This document shows positions 38,630 through 47,861 of a stretch of DNA of 64,000 bases, piece by piece. Each line of letters begins with the position of its first letter. Position 1 is the first letter of the stretch. Position numbers and translations under genes: made by a program. This DNA comes from an uncultured bacterium (GTDB lineage: Bacteria > Krumholzibacteriota > Krumholzibacteriia > LZORAL124-64-63): positions 544,001 to 608,000 of the forward strand of contig CAVSGO010000007.1 of the NCBI GenBank assembly GCA_963727525.1, read 5' to 3'. A model generated the notes under the pieces. The model made no database searches and was not told the origin of the DNA. It was given only the letters and a program-made list of their open reading frames with translations.

Positions 38630-39574
38630 CTACAGCCCGCGAGCACCCAACCAGCGCTCGCACTCGATGGCCGCCATGCAACCAGTGCCGGCCGCGGTGA
38701 CGCCCTGGCGCCAGACCGGATCCTGCACGTCGCCGGCGGCGAAGATGCCGTCGACGTTCGTCATCGTGCGATCGGGCTGCGTGATCAGGTACCCGTTCGG
38801 ATCCATCTCGAGCTGGCCGTTCAGGAACGCCGTGTTCGGATCGTGACCGATGGCGATGAAGCAACCGGTGACGTCGATGGTGATGTCGGGCTCGCCCTTG
38901 GTGCTGGCCAGCCGCAGGCCCGTCATCATGCCGTTGTCGTCGGCCAGGTATTCCCCGATGACGCGCGACCAGGCCATCTCGATGTTCGGCGCGTTGAGCG
39001 CGCGGTCCTGCATGATGGCACTGCCGCGCAGCTCGTCGCGGCGGTGGATCAACGTGACCTTGGAGCAGATGCCGGACAGGTAGGTGGCTTCCTCGAGGGC
39101 CGTGTCGCCGCCGCCCACCACGGCCACGGGCTGCTCGCGGAAGAAGAACCCGTCACAGGTGGCACAGGCGCTCAGGCCCTTGCCGTGGAACTCCTCCTCG
39201 CCCGGCAGATGCAGCCAGCGGGCGGTGGAGCCGGTGGCGATGATCACCGCGGGCACCTCGTGCTCCTCGCCGTCCTCGGCCGTCACCCGGAACGGGGGGC
39301 CCTGGCAGTCGATCGCGGTCACGTTGCCGCTCTTCATGATGGTGCCGAAACGGGCCGCCTGGGCGCGGAACTTCTCCATCAGCTCCGGGCCGAGGATGCC
39401 TTCGGGAAAGCCGGGGTAGTTCTCGACATCGGTGGTGATGGTGAGCTGTCCGCCGGGCTGGATCCCCTCGTACATCATGTTGGGGATGTTGGCGCGGCTG
39501 AGGTAGATGGCGGCGGTATAGCCGGCCGGACCGGATCCGGCGATGATGACCTTGGGCTTGGACTCGCTCATCAT
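38630..39574 (-). CDS. trxB: thioredoxin reductase
   Basis: GSGPAGYTAA, GGQL, ENYPGF, SACATCDG, GGGDTA, AAGDV. Confidence 0.96.
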   Translation of the reverse strand: MMSESKPKVIIAGSGPAGYTAAIYLSRANIPNMMYEGIQPGGQLTITTDVENYPGFPEGILGPELMEKFRAQAARFGTIMKSGNVTAIDCQGPPFRVTAEDGEEHEVPAVIIATGSTARWLHLPGEEEFHGKGLSACATCDGFFFREQPVAVVGGGDTALEEATYLSGICSKVTLIHRRDELRGSAIMQDRALNAPNIEMAWSRVIGEYLADDNGMMTGLRLASTKGEPDITIDVTGCFIAIGHDPNTAFLNGQLEMDPNGYLITQPDRTMTNVDGIFAAGDVQDPVWRQGVTAAGTGCMAAIECERWLGARGL

Positions 39575-39793
39575 GACTCCTTGGCGGCGGGCGCAGGGTG
39601 AATGCATCGCCTGCAATTGGTAAGTGGCCGGGGGGTACGTGTCAACCGGCTCGAGGCGGATCTTGACTTTCAGGGGCAACTCGATTATCTCTAATGGCTT
39701 GTGATGAGAACCGGGGTGGCACGCCACATCCGCTGTGGCTGCGGCGTGCCGGTTTGCAGCATGTCCGGTTTTGTAGATTGTGGAGAGTCAAGC

Positions 39794-40105
39794 ATGTACG
39801 CGGTTGTGAAGATCAAAGGCCAGCAGTTCCGGGTCGAACCCGGCCTCACCGTCCAGGTGCCGCTCCTGGAGACCGACGAGGGCACCAGTGTGACCTTCGA
39901 CGAGGTCCTCATGGTGGGTAACGACGACGAGATCAAGGTCGGCGCACCGACCGTCGAGGGGTGCACCGTGGCGGCCGAGGTGCTTCGCCACGGCCGCAGC
40001 CGCAAGGTGATCGTCTTCAAGCGCAAGCGGCGCAAGAATTATCGTCGGAAGAAGGGACACCGCCAGCCCTTCACCGAGATCAACATCACCAGCATCAACG
40101 GCTGA
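39794..40105 (+). CDS. rplU: 50S ribosomal protein L21
   Basis: MYAVVK..G.Q, KRKRRKNY...GHRQ. Confidence 0.96.
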   Translation: MYAVVKIKGQQFRVEPGLTVQVPLLETDEGTSVTFDEVLMVGNDDEIKVGAPTVEGCTVAAEVLRHGRSRKVIVFKRKRRKNYRRKKGHRQPFTEINITSING

Positions 40106-40150
40106 GGTGGCGGCGCCCATCGGGCATGGTCAGCCAGGGAGCGAGCGAGT

Positions 40151-40408
40151 ATGGCTCATAAGAAAGCCGGCGGATCCACCCGCAACGGCCGTGACTCGAA
40201 TCCCCAGTACCTGGGGGTCAAGCGGTACGGCGGACAGGCCGTGAGGGCTGGTACCATCCTGGTGCGCCAGCGCGGCACGAAGATCCATCCGGGCACCAAC
40301 GTCGGCCGCGGTGGCGACGACACCCTGTTCGCGCTCATCGACGGCACCGTGGTCTTCGAGACCTGGGGCCAGAATCGGAAGCGGGTCAGTGTGCAGCCTG
40401 TCCAGTAG
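40151..40408 (+). CDS. rpmA: 50S ribosomal protein L27
   Basis: [21 protein letters not shown]. Confidence 0.97.
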   Translation: MAHKKAGGSTRNGRDSNPQYLGVKRYGGQAVRAGTILVRQRGTKIHPGTNVGRGGDDTLFALIDGTVVFETWGQNRKRVSVQPVQ

Positions 40409-40430
40409 CGGCGTGATCGAACGGTCGCAG

Positions 40431-40468
40431 GGAAACCTATCCCGTCCAGGGATGGGTTTCCTTTTTTT
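40431..40468 (+). terminator. rho-independent terminator
   Basis: GGAAACCTATCCC-gtcca-GGGATGGGTTTCC followed by T7. Confidence 0.85.
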
Positions 40469-40504
40469 CGGGGCAGGATGGTGGCGACGACGGAAGGATC
40501 GCGC

Positions 40505-41269
40505 GTGAACGACACCGTGCTGGTCGTGATCCCCGCGCGCTGGGGATCGAGCCGGTTCCCCGGCAAGCTCCTTGCCGATCTCGGCGGCCAGCCGCTGATC
40601 GTGCGCACGGCCGCGCAGGCGCGGCGCATGCACACCGCCACTGCGGTGGTGGTGGCCACCGACGACGCGCGCATCGCTGACGTGGTGACGGCGGCCGGGC
40701 TGACCTGCGAGATCACCGGCGATCATCCCACCGGCTCCGACCGGGTGGGCGCGGTGGCGCGTCGGCATGCGGCCGACATCGTGGTGAACCTCCAGGGCGA
40801 CGAGCCGCTGCTCGATCCGGCCGACGCCGATGCTCTGGTGGCGGCCCTGCGGGACGACCCCGGTGCGGACATCGCCACCTGCGCGCATGCCTTCGGACCC
40901 GACGATGCCATTGCCGACCCCCACACCGTGAAGGTGCTGGTGGATTGTCGCGGCCGGGCCCTGTACTTTAGCCGGGCGGCCGTGCCGGGGGAGTTCCCCG
41001 GACGATCCGCGCGCGTGACGCCACAGGACCTTGCGCCGCAGGACGTGGCGCTGCGGCACGTAGGCATCTACGCTTTCCGGAAAGCGGCCCTGGAGCGCTT
41101 CCTGGCGCTGCCGCCGGGCCGCCTCGAGCAGGTCGAGGGACTCGAACAACTGCGCGCGCTGGAGAACGGCCTGGTGATCCGCGTGGTGACGATCGCGCAC
41201 GGGCCGGTCGGAGTGGACACGCCGGCCGATCTGGAGCGAGTGCGCCGTCTGTGGGCGGCAAAGGAGTAG
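40505..41269 (+). CDS. kdsB: 3-deoxy-manno-octulosonate cytidylyltransferase
   Basis: IPARWGSSRFPGK, NLQGDEP, ALYFSR, HVGIY, LEQLRALE (start 40478 also possible). Confidence 0.94.
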   Translation: MNDTVLVVIPARWGSSRFPGKLLADLGGQPLIVRTAAQARRMHTATAVVVATDDARIADVVTAAGLTCEITGDHPTGSDRVGAVARRHAADIVVNLQGDEPLLDPADADALVAALRDDPGADIATCAHAFGPDDAIADPHTVKVLVDCRGRALYFSRAAVPGEFPGRSARVTPQDLAPQDVALRHVGIYAFRKAALERFLALPPGRLEQVEGLEQLRALENGLVIRVVTIAHGPVGVDTPADLERVRRLWAAKE

Positions 41270-41275
41270 CCAGCT

Positions 41276-42925
41276 ATGGCCAAGTTCGTCTTCGTCACCG
41301 GCGGCGTGGTATCGGCCCTGGGCAAGGGCATCGCCAGCGCCTCTCTCGGCACGTTACTCAAGGCGCGGGGGCTGCAGGTGGTGCTGCAGAAGTTCGATCC
41401 CTATCTGAACGTCGACCCCGGCACCATGAGCCCGTACCAGCACGGCGAGGTCTTCGTGCTCGACGATGGCGCCGAGTGCGATCTCGACCTCGGCCATTAC
41501 GAGCGCTTCACCGACGTCACCCTCGATCGCGCCAACAACCTCACGGCCGGTAAGGTCTATGAGGAGATCCTGCGCAAGGAACGCAAGGGGGAGTATCTCG
41601 GGCGCACGGTGCAGGTGATCCCGCACGTCACCGATGAGATCAAGCGGCGCATCCTGTTGCCGGTGATGAACCACCCCGACGTGGACGTGGTCATCACCGA
41701 GATCGGCGGCACGGTGGGCGACATCGAGTCGTTGCCTTTTCTCGAGGCCATCCGCCAGTTCCGTCTGGAGCGGCCCGTGAACGACACGGTATCGGTGCAC
41801 CTGACGCTGGTGCCGTACATCGAAGCGGCCGGTGAGATCAAGACCAAGCCCACGCAGCACTCGGTGGCGGATCTGCGCAGCATCGGCATCCAGCCCGACT
41901 TCCTGATCTGCCGCGCCAAGGCGCCTATCGGTCACGACGCGCGGCGCAAGATCGCCCTTTTCTGCAACCTGCCGCCCGAACACGTGATCGACGGTCAGGA
42001 CGTGCGTTCGATCTACGAGGTGCCTTTGATTTACCTGCACCAGGGAGTGGACGACCTGCTCTGCCAGCGGCTGGGGCTCGATCCTCCGCACGAGGCCGAC
42101 ATGAGCGACTGGGAGCGGATGACGCGCATCATCCTCGACCCGCCGGATATGGTGCGCATCGCCATCGTGGGCAAGTACGTCGAGCTTAAGGACGCGTACA
42201 AGAGCATCAGCGAGTCGCTCGTGCACGCGGGCATTCCCAATCGCGTGGGCGTGCGCCAGATCTGGGTGGACAGCGAGTCGCTCGAGGGCCGTGACATCGG
42301 CGACGCGCGTCTCGACGAGATCTTCCAGGACTGCCATGGCATCCTCGTGCCCGGCGGCTTCGGCGACCGCGGCATCCAGGGCAAGATCACGGCGGTGCGC
42401 TACGCGCGTGAGAAGAGTATCCCGTACTTCGGCATCTGCCTGGGCCTGCAATGCGCAATGATCGAGATCGGCCGTGACGTGGCCGGGCTGGCGATGGCCA
42501 ATAGCGCCGAGTTCGATCCGGCCACGCCCCATCCGGTGATCCATCTCATGGAGGAGCAGAAGGAAGTCAAGAACCTCGGCGGCACCATGCGCCTGGGCGC
42601 CTGGCCGGCCCTGCTCAAGGAGGGATCGATCGCGCGGGCGAGCTACGATCGCGAGGAGATCAGCGAGCGGCATCGGCATCGCTACGAGGTGAACAACGAC
42701 TACCGCGAAGCTTTCGAGGAGGTGGGCGTGCAGTTCTCGGGCACGTCGCCCGGTGGCGATCTGGTGGAGATCATGGAACTGCCGGCGCACCCGTTCTTCG
42801 TGGCGGTGCAGTTCCATCCCGAGCTGAAGTCGCGGCCGCAACGGCCGCATCCGCTGTTCCGGGAATTCGTGGGAGCGGCGGTGGAACACCAGCGACGCCA
42901 GCGCGAGCACGCGGAACAGGTCTAG
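41276..42925 (+). CDS. pyrG: CTP synthase
   Basis: GGVVSALGKG, KTKPTQ, VPGGFG, GICLG, RHRHRYE, QFHPE. Confidence 0.98.
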   Translation: MAKFVFVTGGVVSALGKGIASASLGTLLKARGLQVVLQKFDPYLNVDPGTMSPYQHGEVFVLDDGAECDLDLGHYERFTDVTLDRANNLTAGKVYEEILRKERKGEYLGRTVQVIPHVTDEIKRRILLPVMNHPDVDVVITEIGGTVGDIESLPFLEAIRQFRLERPVNDTVSVHLTLVPYIEAAGEIKTKPTQHSVADLRSIGIQPDFLICRAKAPIGHDARRKIALFCNLPPEHVIDGQDVRSIYEVPLIYLHQGVDDLLCQRLGLDPPHEADMSDWERMTRIILDPPDMVRIAIVGKYVELKDAYKSISESLVHAGIPNRVGVRQIWVDSESLEGRDIGDARLDEIFQDCHGILVPGGFGDRGIQGKITAVRYAREKSIPYFGICLGLQCAMIEIGRDVAGLAMANSAEFDPATPHPVIHLMEEQKEVKNLGGTMRLGAWPALLKEGSIARASYDREEISERHRHRYEVNNDYREAFEEVGVQFSGTSPGGDLVEIMELPAHPFFVAVQFHPELKSRPQRPHPLFREFVGAAVEHQRRQREHAEQV

Positions 42926-42935
42926 GAGGAGGCGC

Positions 42936-43775
42936 ATGGCCATCGCCGCCCCGATCACCATCGGCTCGAGCGAGGTCGGCGACGGCCGGCCGCTCCTCGT
43001 CATCGCGGGGCCGTGCGTGCTGGAGGATCCCGACGAGATGCTGCGCACGGCAGGCGCGCTGGCGGCGGCGTGTCGGGAGCTGGGTGTGGGCTACTGCTTC
43101 AAGTCGAGCTTCACCAAGGACAATCGCACGAGCGGCGACGCGTATCGCGGTCCGGGGCGTGACGAGGGGCTACGCCTGTTGCAGCGGATTGCCGACGCGC
43201 ACGACGTGGCTGTGCTCACCGACGTGCACCAGCCCGATGATTGCGCCCCCGTCGCCGAAGTGGCCGACGTGCTGCAGATCCCGGCCTTCATGTGCCGCCA
43301 GAGCTCGCTGCTCGAGGCGGCGGGACGCACGGGCCGCGCCGTCAATATCAAGAAGGGGCAGTTCCTGGCTCCGGCGGATCTGGGCCATGCCGCGGCGAAG
43401 GTGGCGGCTGCGGGCAGCGACCGTATCCTGCTCACCGAGCGTGGCACCTTCTTCGGCTACCGCGATCTCGTGGTGGACTTCCGCGGCGTCGTGATCATGC
43501 GCGAGCTGGGTCGACCCGTCGTCATGGACGCCACGCACGCGGTGCAGAAACCCGGCAGCACCGGCACCGCCACCGGCGGCGTGCCCGCGCACATCCCGCC
43601 CCTGGCGCGCTGTGGCGTGGCAGCCGGTGCCGACGCCGTTTTTCTCGAGGTGCACCCGGATCCCGCGCGCGCGCGCTGCGATGCGGCGAGCCAGCTTCCA
43701 CTCGAGCGATTTGCGCCGCTGGTGCGCGGTCTGGCGCGCCTGCGCGCGATCGTCCTGGAGGAGGCAGCGGGATGA
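42936..43775 (+). CDS. kdsA: KDO-8-phosphate synthase
   Basis: IAGPC, LQIPAF.CRQ, NIKKGQF, ERG..FGY, DATH, EVHP. Confidence 0.94.
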   Translation: MAIAAPITIGSSEVGDGRPLLVIAGPCVLEDPDEMLRTAGALAAACRELGVGYCFKSSFTKDNRTSGDAYRGPGRDEGLRLLQRIADAHDVAVLTDVHQPDDCAPVAEVADVLQIPAFMCRQSSLLEAAGRTGRAVNIKKGQFLAPADLGHAAAKVAAAGSDRILLTERGTFFGYRDLVVDFRGVVIMRELGRPVVMDATHAVQKPGSTGTATGGVPAHIPPLARCGVAAGADAVFLEVHPDPARARCDAASQLPLERFAPLVRGLARLRAIVLEEAAG

Positions 43776-44413
43776 GCGATGGCACGCACGGTGGCTGGCC
43801 GCTGCCCTCACCGGCGGAAGAGATCGCGGAGGCCCGCGCCGGCCTGGGCGAGGACCTCGTCGTGCGTCTGGCGGGCGTCGAATTGCTCGTGCTCGATTGC
43901 GATGGCGTGCTCACCGATGGCGCGCTGCATTTCGGCCCGGAGGGCGAGGTGGTGAAGGTCTTCAACGCCCAGGACGGTCTCGGACTGATGATGCTGCGTA
44001 TGGCGGGCGTGCGCCGCGCCGTGCTCACCGGACGCAACAGCCCGATGGTGGCGCGTCGTTGCCGTGAGCTGAAGTTCGAGAGCATCGCCATGGGTCGCTT
44101 CGACAAGGCGGTGGCGCTGGACGAGATCGTCGACAGCCTGGGCCTCACGCGCGCATCGGCGCTCATGGTGGGTGACGACCTGCTCGATCTGCCGGCCCTC
44201 ACCGCGGCCGCCGTGGCGGTCACGGTGCCGGCGGCGCCGGCGGAAGTGCGGGCTGCCTGCGACTGGACGACGCGCCGTTGCGGCGGCCACGGTGCGGTGC
44301 GCGAGGTATGCGACCTGCTGCTGAAAAGTCGCGGCGCCTACGCGCGCGCCATCCGCGACCTTGCGGCCCACGGTCCTCTGGTCAGTACGACGCCCGGAAA
44401 GGATCTGGTATGA
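43772..44413 (+). CDS. kdsC: KDO-8-phosphate phosphatase
   Basis: DCDGVLTDG, DGLG, TGR, GDDLLD, GGHGAVRE. Confidence 0.92.
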   Translation: MSDGTHGGWPLPSPAEEIAEARAGLGEDLVVRLAGVELLVLDCDGVLTDGALHFGPEGEVVKVFNAQDGLGLMMLRMAGVRRAVLTGRNSPMVARRCRELKFESIAMGRFDKAVALDEIVDSLGLTRASALMVGDDLLDLPALTAAAVAVTVPAAPAEVRAACDWTTRRCGGHGAVREVCDLLLKSRGAYARAIRDLAAHGPLVSTTPGKDLV

Positions 44414-45411
44414 ACGCGCAACCCCGCCCTCTGGACGACACCGAGATCCTGGTTCGTGGCCGCGCCACCTTCGCGCAGGAAGCCGCCGCGCTGCAAACCG
44501 TTGGCGAGAGCCTCGACGTGGCCTTCGTGCAGGCGGTGCGCGCATTGCTGGCCTGCGAAGGCCGCGTGCTGGTGACGGGCCTGGGCAAGAGTGGCATCGT
44601 GGCGCGCAAGACCGCCGCCACGCTCACGTCCACCGGCACGCCGAGCCAGTTCATGCACCCCGTGGAGGCGGCGCATGGAGATCTGGGCGTAGTGCGCGAG
44701 CGTGACGTGCTCATCGCCATCAGCCGCAGCGGCGACAACCGCGAGGTGTGCGAGCTAGCGACGCTGTGCAAGCACTTCGGCGTGACGACGATCGCGCTCG
44801 TGGGCCGCGCGGACAGTGCGCTGGCGCGGCTCTGCGACATCGTGCTGGTCACGCCCATCGCCCGCGAGGCCTGCCCCCTCGATCTCACGCCCACGACCAG
44901 CGCCACCGCGGCCATGGTCATGGGCGATGCGTTCGTGGTGGCCCTGCTGGAGCTGCGGGGCTTCACCCGCGAGGACTTCGCCACGTTCCATCCCAGCGGG
45001 GTGCTCGGCCGGCGGCTCCTGCTCACGGCAGGCGAACTCATGCACAAGGGCGACGATCTGCCGCGCGTACAGGCCGGCATGACGCTGCGCGAGTCGCTGC
45101 CCGAGATCGTGGGCAAGCGCCTGGGCGGCACCTGCGTGGTGGACGCCGACGGCCACCTGGTGGGCGTGTGCGTGGATGGCGACGTCAAGCGCATGCTCTT
45201 GAAACGTCAGGACGCACTGGACCAGCCGATCGACGCGTCGATGAACTCCCAGCCCACGACCATCGGTCCGGACATGCTGGCGGTGCGCGCGCTCCGGCTC
45301 ATGGAGCAGCGCGCGGAAGGTCCCATCACGCTGCTCATCGTGGTGGATGACGACCATCGGCCGCTGGGGCTGCTGCACATCCACGACGTCCTGCGCGCGG
45401 GCCTCCTCTGA
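44410..45411 (+). CDS. kdsD: arabinose-5-phosphate isomerase (KpsF/GutQ, SIS + CBS)
   Basis: GLGKSG, STGT, EAAHGDLG, PTTS, HPSG.LG, CBS pair. Confidence 0.94.
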   Translation: MNAQPRPLDDTEILVRGRATFAQEAAALQTVGESLDVAFVQAVRALLACEGRVLVTGLGKSGIVARKTAATLTSTGTPSQFMHPVEAAHGDLGVVRERDVLIAISRSGDNREVCELATLCKHFGVTTIALVGRADSALARLCDIVLVTPIAREACPLDLTPTTSATAAMVMGDAFVVALLELRGFTREDFATFHPSGVLGRRLLLTAGELMHKGDDLPRVQAGMTLRESLPEIVGKRLGGTCVVDADGHLVGVCVDGDVKRMLLKRQDALDQPIDASMNSQPTTIGPDMLAVRALRLMEQRAEGPITLLIVVDDDHRPLGLLHIHDVLRAGLL

Positions 45412-45460
45412 TTCCGCGGCCTTGACGCAGAACCTTATATTCCCCATACAATTACGTAGT

Positions 45461-45476
45461 TGGCACAGGATGTGCT
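45461..45476 (+). promoter_or_regulatory. sigma-54 -24/-12 motif
   Basis: TGGCACAGGATGTGCT, preceded by an AT-rich tract at 45430-45460. Confidence 0.6.
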
Positions 45477-45560
45477 TGACCATGGCCCTTTCGTGGGACA
45501 ATGTCGGGGTCAGCGGCTGCCTCGCGGCGACACGCGGGTGGCCTGGATACCGGAGGTGCC

Positions 45561-46481
45561 TTGTCCGCCGCGCACCTGTCCCTGCGTCGCCGCCTGCGGC
45601 GCCGCTTCTATCTGGCGCTGACCCGGGGCGTGCTGGCGGCGGCCGGTCGCCTTCCGGCCGGGGCGGGACGTAGCCTGTGCCGCGGTCTGGCGGCACTGGC
45701 CTGGCGCATCCGGCCTAGGGAGCGGGCGCGGGCGCGGCAGAACCTGGCGCGGGCGTTTCCTCAGCTGGCACCGCCGGCGCGTGACCGGCTCCTTCGGGCG
45801 AGTGCCGCAGCCCTGGGCGAGACGTTGTTCGCGACACTCACGGCGGACCGGATGGCGGCGGCGGGGTTTCCCGGCGTCGTGGCGCCGACCGATCTGGCGG
45901 GCGACGATGCCGCCGCGGCCTGTCGCCGTGCGCTGGCGCCCGGGCGCGGGGCGATCCTGCTGACGGGCCACATCGGGTGCTGGGAATTGCTCGGAGCGTG
46001 GCTGGCCGCGCGTCTGGGCGGATTGGCGGTGGTCACCGGCACGGTGCACAATCCGGCGGTGGACGCGCTGGTCCAGGACCGGCGGCGGGCACTGGGCATG
46101 GAACCTCTCCCGCGTAAGGCGGGCATCCGGCCCGTGCTGCGGCAACTCGCGCAGGGGCGTATGGTAGGCGTGCTGCTCGATCAGAACACGCGGGCCGCGA
46201 GCGTGCCGGCGCCCTTCTTCGGGCATCCGGCGCCGACGCCGATCGTGGTGGCCAAGCTTGCGCTGCGGCGCGGGCTGGCGGTGGTGCCGGCCGCGATGGT
46301 GCGACGCGACGACTGCTGGGTGGTGGAACATCTGCCGGCGCTGCTGCCGGAGTCGGCGGCGGACCCGCGGCGCGCCGAGGATGTGGTGGCGTTCACCGCG
46401 CGCTGCAACGAGGCGTTGCAGACATTGATCGTGCGGAACCCGGAGCAGTGGGTGTGGTTCCACCGCAGGTGGGATGATTGA
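45561..46481 (+). CDS. lipid A acyltransferase (LpxL/HtrB family)
   Basis: GHIGCWE, LLDQ, FFG, PEQWVWFHRRW; TTG after GGAGG (ATG 45501 alternative). Confidence 0.88.
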   Translation: MSAAHLSLRRRLRRRFYLALTRGVLAAAGRLPAGAGRSLCRGLAALAWRIRPRERARARQNLARAFPQLAPPARDRLLRASAAALGETLFATLTADRMAAAGFPGVVAPTDLAGDDAAAACRRALAPGRGAILLTGHIGCWELLGAWLAARLGGLAVVTGTVHNPAVDALVQDRRRALGMEPLPRKAGIRPVLRQLAQGRMVGVLLDQNTRAASVPAPFFGHPAPTPIVVAKLALRRGLAVVPAAMVRRDDCWVVEHLPALLPESAADPRRAEDVVAFTARCNEALQTLIVRNPEQWVWFHRRWDD

Positions 46482-46505
46482 AGAGCTAAATCGCAGGAAG
46501 TCAAC

Positions 46506-47102
46506 GTGATTCGCCGATCGTACGACCACTCGCCGAACCGCTATCGCGCCGCACTGCTGGTCCTCCTCGCCCTGGTGCCGGCGGGCCTGGGCATCCTCGG
46601 CTGTTCCGGCCCCGATGAGGAGACGCCGTCGGCATCGCCCCAGTCGCTCGCCCTCGTTCCCGAGCAGACCTTCGACGACTACCGCCTCATCGAGACGGAA
46701 GACGGCGTGCGGCAGTGGGTCCTCGATAGCGACCACATGACGAAGTATCCGGATCGCCAGGATCTCCACCTGGAGACGGTGAAGATGGACTTCTACCGGG
46801 AGGGCGCGTACTTCTCCACCCTCACCGCCGACAGCGGTCTGGCCAACCAGGCCACGCATGACGTGGATGTCTGGGGCCACGTCGTGGTGGTGACCGACGA
46901 CGGCCGTCGGCTGCGCACCGAGAAACTGCACTTCGACAACGGGTCGGGGCTCATCACGAACGAGGTGTACAACGAGTTCGAGCGCGGCGACGACATCGTC
47001 ACCGGCATCGGCCTGAAGGCCACCCCCGACTTCGAGTATATCGAGATCAAGCAGCGTGTCGAGGCCTCCGTCGGCGACGACACGGCGCAGGATCTGGAAT
47101 GA
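46506..47102 (+). CDS. lptC: LPS export protein LptC
   Basis: LTADSG, GHVVV, LRTEKL, GIGL jellyroll pattern; lies before lptB; ILGC possible lipobox. Confidence 0.82.
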   Translation: MIRRSYDHSPNRYRAALLVLLALVPAGLGILGCSGPDEETPSASPQSLALVPEQTFDDYRLIETEDGVRQWVLDSDHMTKYPDRQDLHLETVKMDFYREGAYFSTLTADSGLANQATHDVDVWGHVVVVTDDGRRLRTEKLHFDNGSGLITNEVYNEFERGDDIVTGIGLKATPDFEYIEIKQRVEASVGDDTAQDLE

Positions 47103-47836
47103 ACGTCGCCGCCTCCCACGTGCTGCGCGCCGAGGGACTGCGCAAGGTCTACCGCAAGCGCGCGGTGGTCAACGACGTCGATCTGGAGTTGCGTCAAGGG
47201 GAGGTCGTGGGACTTCTCGGGCCCAACGGTGCGGGCAAGACCACGTCGTTCTACATGATCGTGGGCTTCATCCGGGCCGACGAGGGGCGCATCGTTCTCG
47301 ACGATGCCGACATCTCCGGGCTCCCGATGTACAAGCGCGCCCGCCTCGGCATCGGCTACCTGCCCCAGGAATCGAGCATCTTCCGCAAGCTTACCGTGGA
47401 GCAGAACGTGCTCGCCATCTTGCAGACGCTGAAACTGTCGCGCAAGGAGCGGGACGCGCGCCTGGAGTACTTGCTCGAGCTGATGGGCATCACGCACGTG
47501 CGCAAGAATGCGGGCTATCAGCTCTCCGGGGGCGAGCGGCGCCGCGTGGAGATCGCCCGCGCGCTGGTCACCGAGCCCAAGTTCATCCTACTCGACGAGC
47601 CCTTCGCCGGCATCGACCCCATCGCCGTGGCCGACCTGCAGAAGTGCGTATTCCAGCTCAAGGACGAGGGACTGGGCATTCTCATCACCGACCACAACGT
47701 GCGCGAGACGCTGACCATCACCGATCGCGCTTATATTCTCTTCGAGGGACATATCGAGCTGGCGGGCTCGGCCGCGGAGATCGTGGCCAGCGACAAGGCC
47801 CGGGCGATCTATCTGGGTGAGTCGTTCCGGCTCTAG
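47099..47836 (+). CDS. lptB: LPS export ABC ATPase
   Basis: [44 protein letters not shown]. Confidence 0.96.
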   Translation: MNVAASHVLRAEGLRKVYRKRAVVNDVDLELRQGEVVGLLGPNGAGKTTSFYMIVGFIRADEGRIVLDDADISGLPMYKRARLGIGYLPQESSIFRKLTVEQNVLAILQTLKLSRKERDARLEYLLELMGITHVRKNAGYQLSGGERRRVEIARALVTEPKFILLDEPFAGIDPIAVADLQKCVFQLKDEGLGILITDHNVRETLTITDRAYILFEGHIELAGSAAEIVASDKARAIYLGESFRL

Positions 47837-47861
47837 CCGGATTCGACCCAGGAGGCTGCGC

